Shown here: in pieces, positions 60,836 to 64,000 of the stretch
Position numbering within the stretch: position 1 is the first letter of the stretch
Layout: every line of letters begins with the position of its first letter
From: Rhizaria sp. SCN 62-66
Lineage: Eukaryota
Assembly: GCA_001724265.1 (NCBI GenBank)
Contig: MEDY01000197.1
Location: 1 to 64,000 of the forward strand
DNA length: 64,000 nucleotides
Direction: 5' to 3'
Made by a program: the position numbers and the translations under genes
Notes under the pieces: generated by a model
What the model was told of the DNA's origin: nothing
Seen by the model: the letters and a program-made list of their open reading frames with translations, nothing else
Database searches by the model: none

Positions 60836-62960
60836 ATGTCTTCGGCAGCTGTCCCACACCACTCCTCGGAACCCGCCTCTTCGGGGGTTGCTTCTGCGGA
60901 CTCGTCCTTCGTTCAGCGTACGTTCCCCAGCTCTCCTGACCGTATCGACGCACCCCTACCCCTGTTTTACACAACCACATCTCACTACACCGACAGTGCT
61001 GCGACTTGACTCCTCCATGTACTCACACAACTCGCAACTCCCCTATTCGTATCGTATCCACTTCCCCTTTCTCTCACAACCCACTACACTCGACGCCTGG
61101 TTGCTCGCTCATCTCACAGACACCGCAGCGACCGATGCGGCTTCCGCAGCGACGTCCCGCGCACGCGAGCAGTTTGAGCTCGCCAAAGCGCGCCTCTCCC
61201 AAGCCCTCGAGTCGCGCCCCTCCGACGCCGCTCCCACAACCTCCCTCGCTCCCCGCCTTCAGGCCACCGCGCGCCAGCTCCAGCGCCGCATGACCGCCGA
61301 CGTCATCGAGCGCCACGTTGCCGACCGCGTTACCCGTCCCGCGAACGACCCCGCGCTGCAACGCGCAGTCGCCGCCGCTGCGATGGGCTCCGCCCCAGCC
61401 CCCGGCGTACCCACTGCGCCTTCAGCTTTGGCCCCGTCGCTCCACGCTGCCGCGGTGGCCCTCGCGCGGTCCCGCGTCCGCGACCGGCTGAACGACTTCA
61501 TCGAGACGCGCCCGACACCGGAAGATCTCGCGGCGAGCATCCTCGTCGCCGCCGCGCCCGCGCCCCTCCCCAACTCACACTCACACAACAACTCTAACAG
61601 CAACAACAGCACCGGCGGCGCCTCAGCGTCTGCGTCTGCGTCCGCTGCCGCCGCGCAGCACCTGGCGCCCAGACTCCAGGGCGCCGCGCGCCGTCTTGAG
61701 CGCCGCATCAAGGGCGACCGCGTGTCCCAACTCCTGCAGCGCCGCCCCGCGCCCGCGGCGCTCGCCCAGCACGGCGTCCTGCCGCCGCACGTGACGGAGC
61801 TGGCCCCCGCGCTGCAGCCCGCACGGCACGAGCTCGAGCGCCGGTTCCGCCGCTCGCGCCTGCAGCAGCTTCTGGGGGCGCGTGCCGGCAGGGAGGAGTT
61901 GAGGCAGCGGGGCGTGTACCAGGACGCGCCGACGACGGCGGATGCGGCCGGGGATAACGAAGGCGTGTGGGTCGCTCAGTCACAGGCGCAGGCACAGCAA
62001 GACAACGACGATAACAGCGCTGCTGTCACTGCTGCTCACGGTTCCTCCGAGCGCTATGACCCTGTTCACGACGACGATGATGACGAGGATGAGGATGAGG
62101 ACGAGGATGATGATGACAGTGACACCGACAGCGAGAGTGACGACGAGGCGCGGTTCGCCGCCGCCCGCGCGCTCGCCGCCACCGACCCCGCCGCTGCTCT
62201 CTCACAGGCGCAGTCCGAGTACACCGCCCTCCGCACCGCGTTCGCGCGCCAGCAGGCCGCGCTGGGGGACCAGGTGGCCGCGCAGGAGCGACTGCGGGAG
62301 GAGCTGGCGCGGCAGCAGCAGTTGCACAGGGAGGAGCTGGCGTTGCAGCAGCAGCAGTTGCAGCAGGTGTTGGCGCAGCAACAGGCGCAGATGCAGGCGC
62401 AGTTGCAGCAGCAAGTGCAGCAAATGCAACAGCAGATGCAACAGCAGATGCAGCACGTGCTTCAGCAGCATCAACAACAGCAGCAGTTTCAGCAGCAGAA
62501 CGTTTCCGCCGAGCAACTCGCACACCACCACCAGCAGCAACAAGAACAGCAACAACAACAGCAACAACAGCACATTGCACACGAACAGCAACCCATCGCT
62601 CAACAGCAGCAACAACAACAACAGCAGGCTCAGGCCCACGCTCAGCAACAGCAACAGCAACAGCAGCAGCAGCAGGCGCCGCCCTCGGCCTCATCGTCTT
62701 CGGCGCCTTCGAGCCTGCCTGCAGTCGACGCCCCCTCGTATCAGCGCCGCTCCCGCGCATTCCACCTCACGCGTCTGCTACTGAAGACTGTGGCGCAGAT
62801 GGCAGAGGCTGGGGAAGTCTCGCTCCCTCAGAAAGGCGTGCTGAAAGACCTGGTGGTCGATCAGGACCGTGCGCTGCTCGGGGTCGCGGAACAGTATGAC
62901 CGGGATAACGATCTGGGGACGTTTAAGGATGCGCTCGTGCGCGCCGCCATGCGCAAGTGA
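60836..62960 (+). CDS. RPEL-repeat (G-actin-binding-like) protein with polyQ and a small C-terminal helical domain, about 640 aa
   Basis: Exons 60836-60917 and 61120-62960; intron GTACGT...CAG, phase 1. RPEL-like units: LSQALESRPS, LNDFIETRPTPEDLAASIL, VSQLLQRRPAPAALAQHGVL, LQQLLGARAGREELRQRGVY, with LAPxLQ spacers. Stop TGA. Confidence 0.8.
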
Positions 62961-64000
62961 GTCCAAACAATGCACTCACTTACAACCGAGTGCTTAGTGC
63001 CTCCAAGGCTCTATTATGCGCATGATTGACTGTGAATGCGTTGTGACGCACGAGCAAGAAGCAACGACGATGTTACAGAGTCACAATAGCACAAGTTACA
63101 GCATGAGTGAGCTCTTGAGTGATTTTCCCACTCACTGCCTCTTCAGTAAGATGCTATGAAACTTTTTTTATTGTGGATCTATAAGTAACGTTGTTTTTGA
63201 AACCATCCACATTATAGACGAAAAGTAATATTTGTGGCTATGAGTTGCTTGCGTCGTCTTGTCGTGTTTACGTCGCTGTTGTGCATCGCTGCTGTCACAG
63301 TCACAGTCGCTATGGTCGTCGTCCTTTTGACGGCCAACTATTTCTGTTTGTTTGTTGTATTCTAAGTGCTGCTGTCGTCGCATTTGTCTTGATTTCTCTT
63401 TTCAACTGCCTCAATGCGATTTGTTCCAGTGATTCAATCAGCTTTATTAATCTGCATATCATTGTTGCTGCTGTTCTCTCACCTCTCCTTCTGTGCCACC
63501 TATTCAAATAGCGGACACTAACTTTATTTTTCTTGTTAAAGTCTTTGTTTGTCATCATCTTTTGTGATTCACCCATCCATCCCACTTTTGCACTGCTTTT
63601 TTCTTTTGATCTTTTTTTTTTTCTCACTCGTCCGGTTTCCTCGACCATCATCATCATCAAAGCTCCACAGTTCTTCAACTTTGGTTCCTCGTTTCAGTTT
63701 CCTCTGCTGTTGCTTTGATCTAGGGCTCGGGTCGTCGCTGTTTCAGCCGGACCCTTTCTCATTATTTCTTTCTCTCTTTCACTCTACGAGTACGCATCAG
63801 CTCCTCTTGTCTTATAAATTCGCCCACTCGCTCTACATGTGTGTGACGTGACTTTGTTTGACTTGGCTTTGGCTCTGTTTGCTTGTTTGATATCTTGTAT
63901 TTCAACGCAACGCGGCGCAGCGCACAACTCACTTTGTCAACACTCACCACAGTTGCGACGTTTTGTGCGATTCAAATCACATGTCTTTCGTTTTTCGTCG

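Noticed and set aside
3918-62975. Hundreds of overlapping antisense and alternate-frame ORFs in the track
   Set aside because: Expected shadows of GC-rich, Ala-rich coding DNA. Each overlaps a better-supported gene and shows no motifs.
63000-64000. Short ORFs in the T-rich terminal kilobase
   Set aside because: Composition is intergenic/UTR/intron-like, with no coding bias or motifs.
1-64000. tRNA (including a CUA-anticodon tRNA), rRNA, snRNA genes or transposons
   Set aside because: None recognised by eye. A tRNAscan-SE/Infernal run would be needed to exclude small RNAs.

Overview
Gene-dense eukaryotic (protist-like) nuclear DNA with GC-rich exons, short AT-richer GT-AG introns (103-257 nt) and short intergenic spacers. 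I reconstructed 15 protein-coding genes by hand: a papain-family C1A protease, an 11-mer-repeat (LEA/perilipin-like) protein, a 3142-aa CaaX protein, a UBE3D/HECT_2-like protein, an AT-hook/C2H2 zinc-finger protein, a coiled-coil protein, a type I membrane protein, a HAD-IIA phosphatase, an S6K-like AGC kinase, a SETD7-like methyltransferase, MAK16, PAM16, an N-acylation-motif (MGC) protein, ARV1 and an RPEL-repeat protein. The main signal is an apparent variant nuclear genetic code. Seven in-frame TAG codons interrupt otherwise continuous reading frames in four genes, one of them inside a conserved HECT_2 domain. All 15 genes end in TAA (10) or TGA (5) and none in TAG, and I found no in-frame TAA or TGA. 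This suggests UAG is a rare sense codon while UAA stays a stop. Gln is my preferred reading, but Leu and Glu are not excluded. Secondary signals: near-invariant GTACG 5' splice sites, large low-complexity expansions of otherwise conserved proteins, a kinase tail with eRF3-like PAM2 motifs, and a frame break at an (AAC)28 tract. Domain calls rest on remembered motifs, not database searches.
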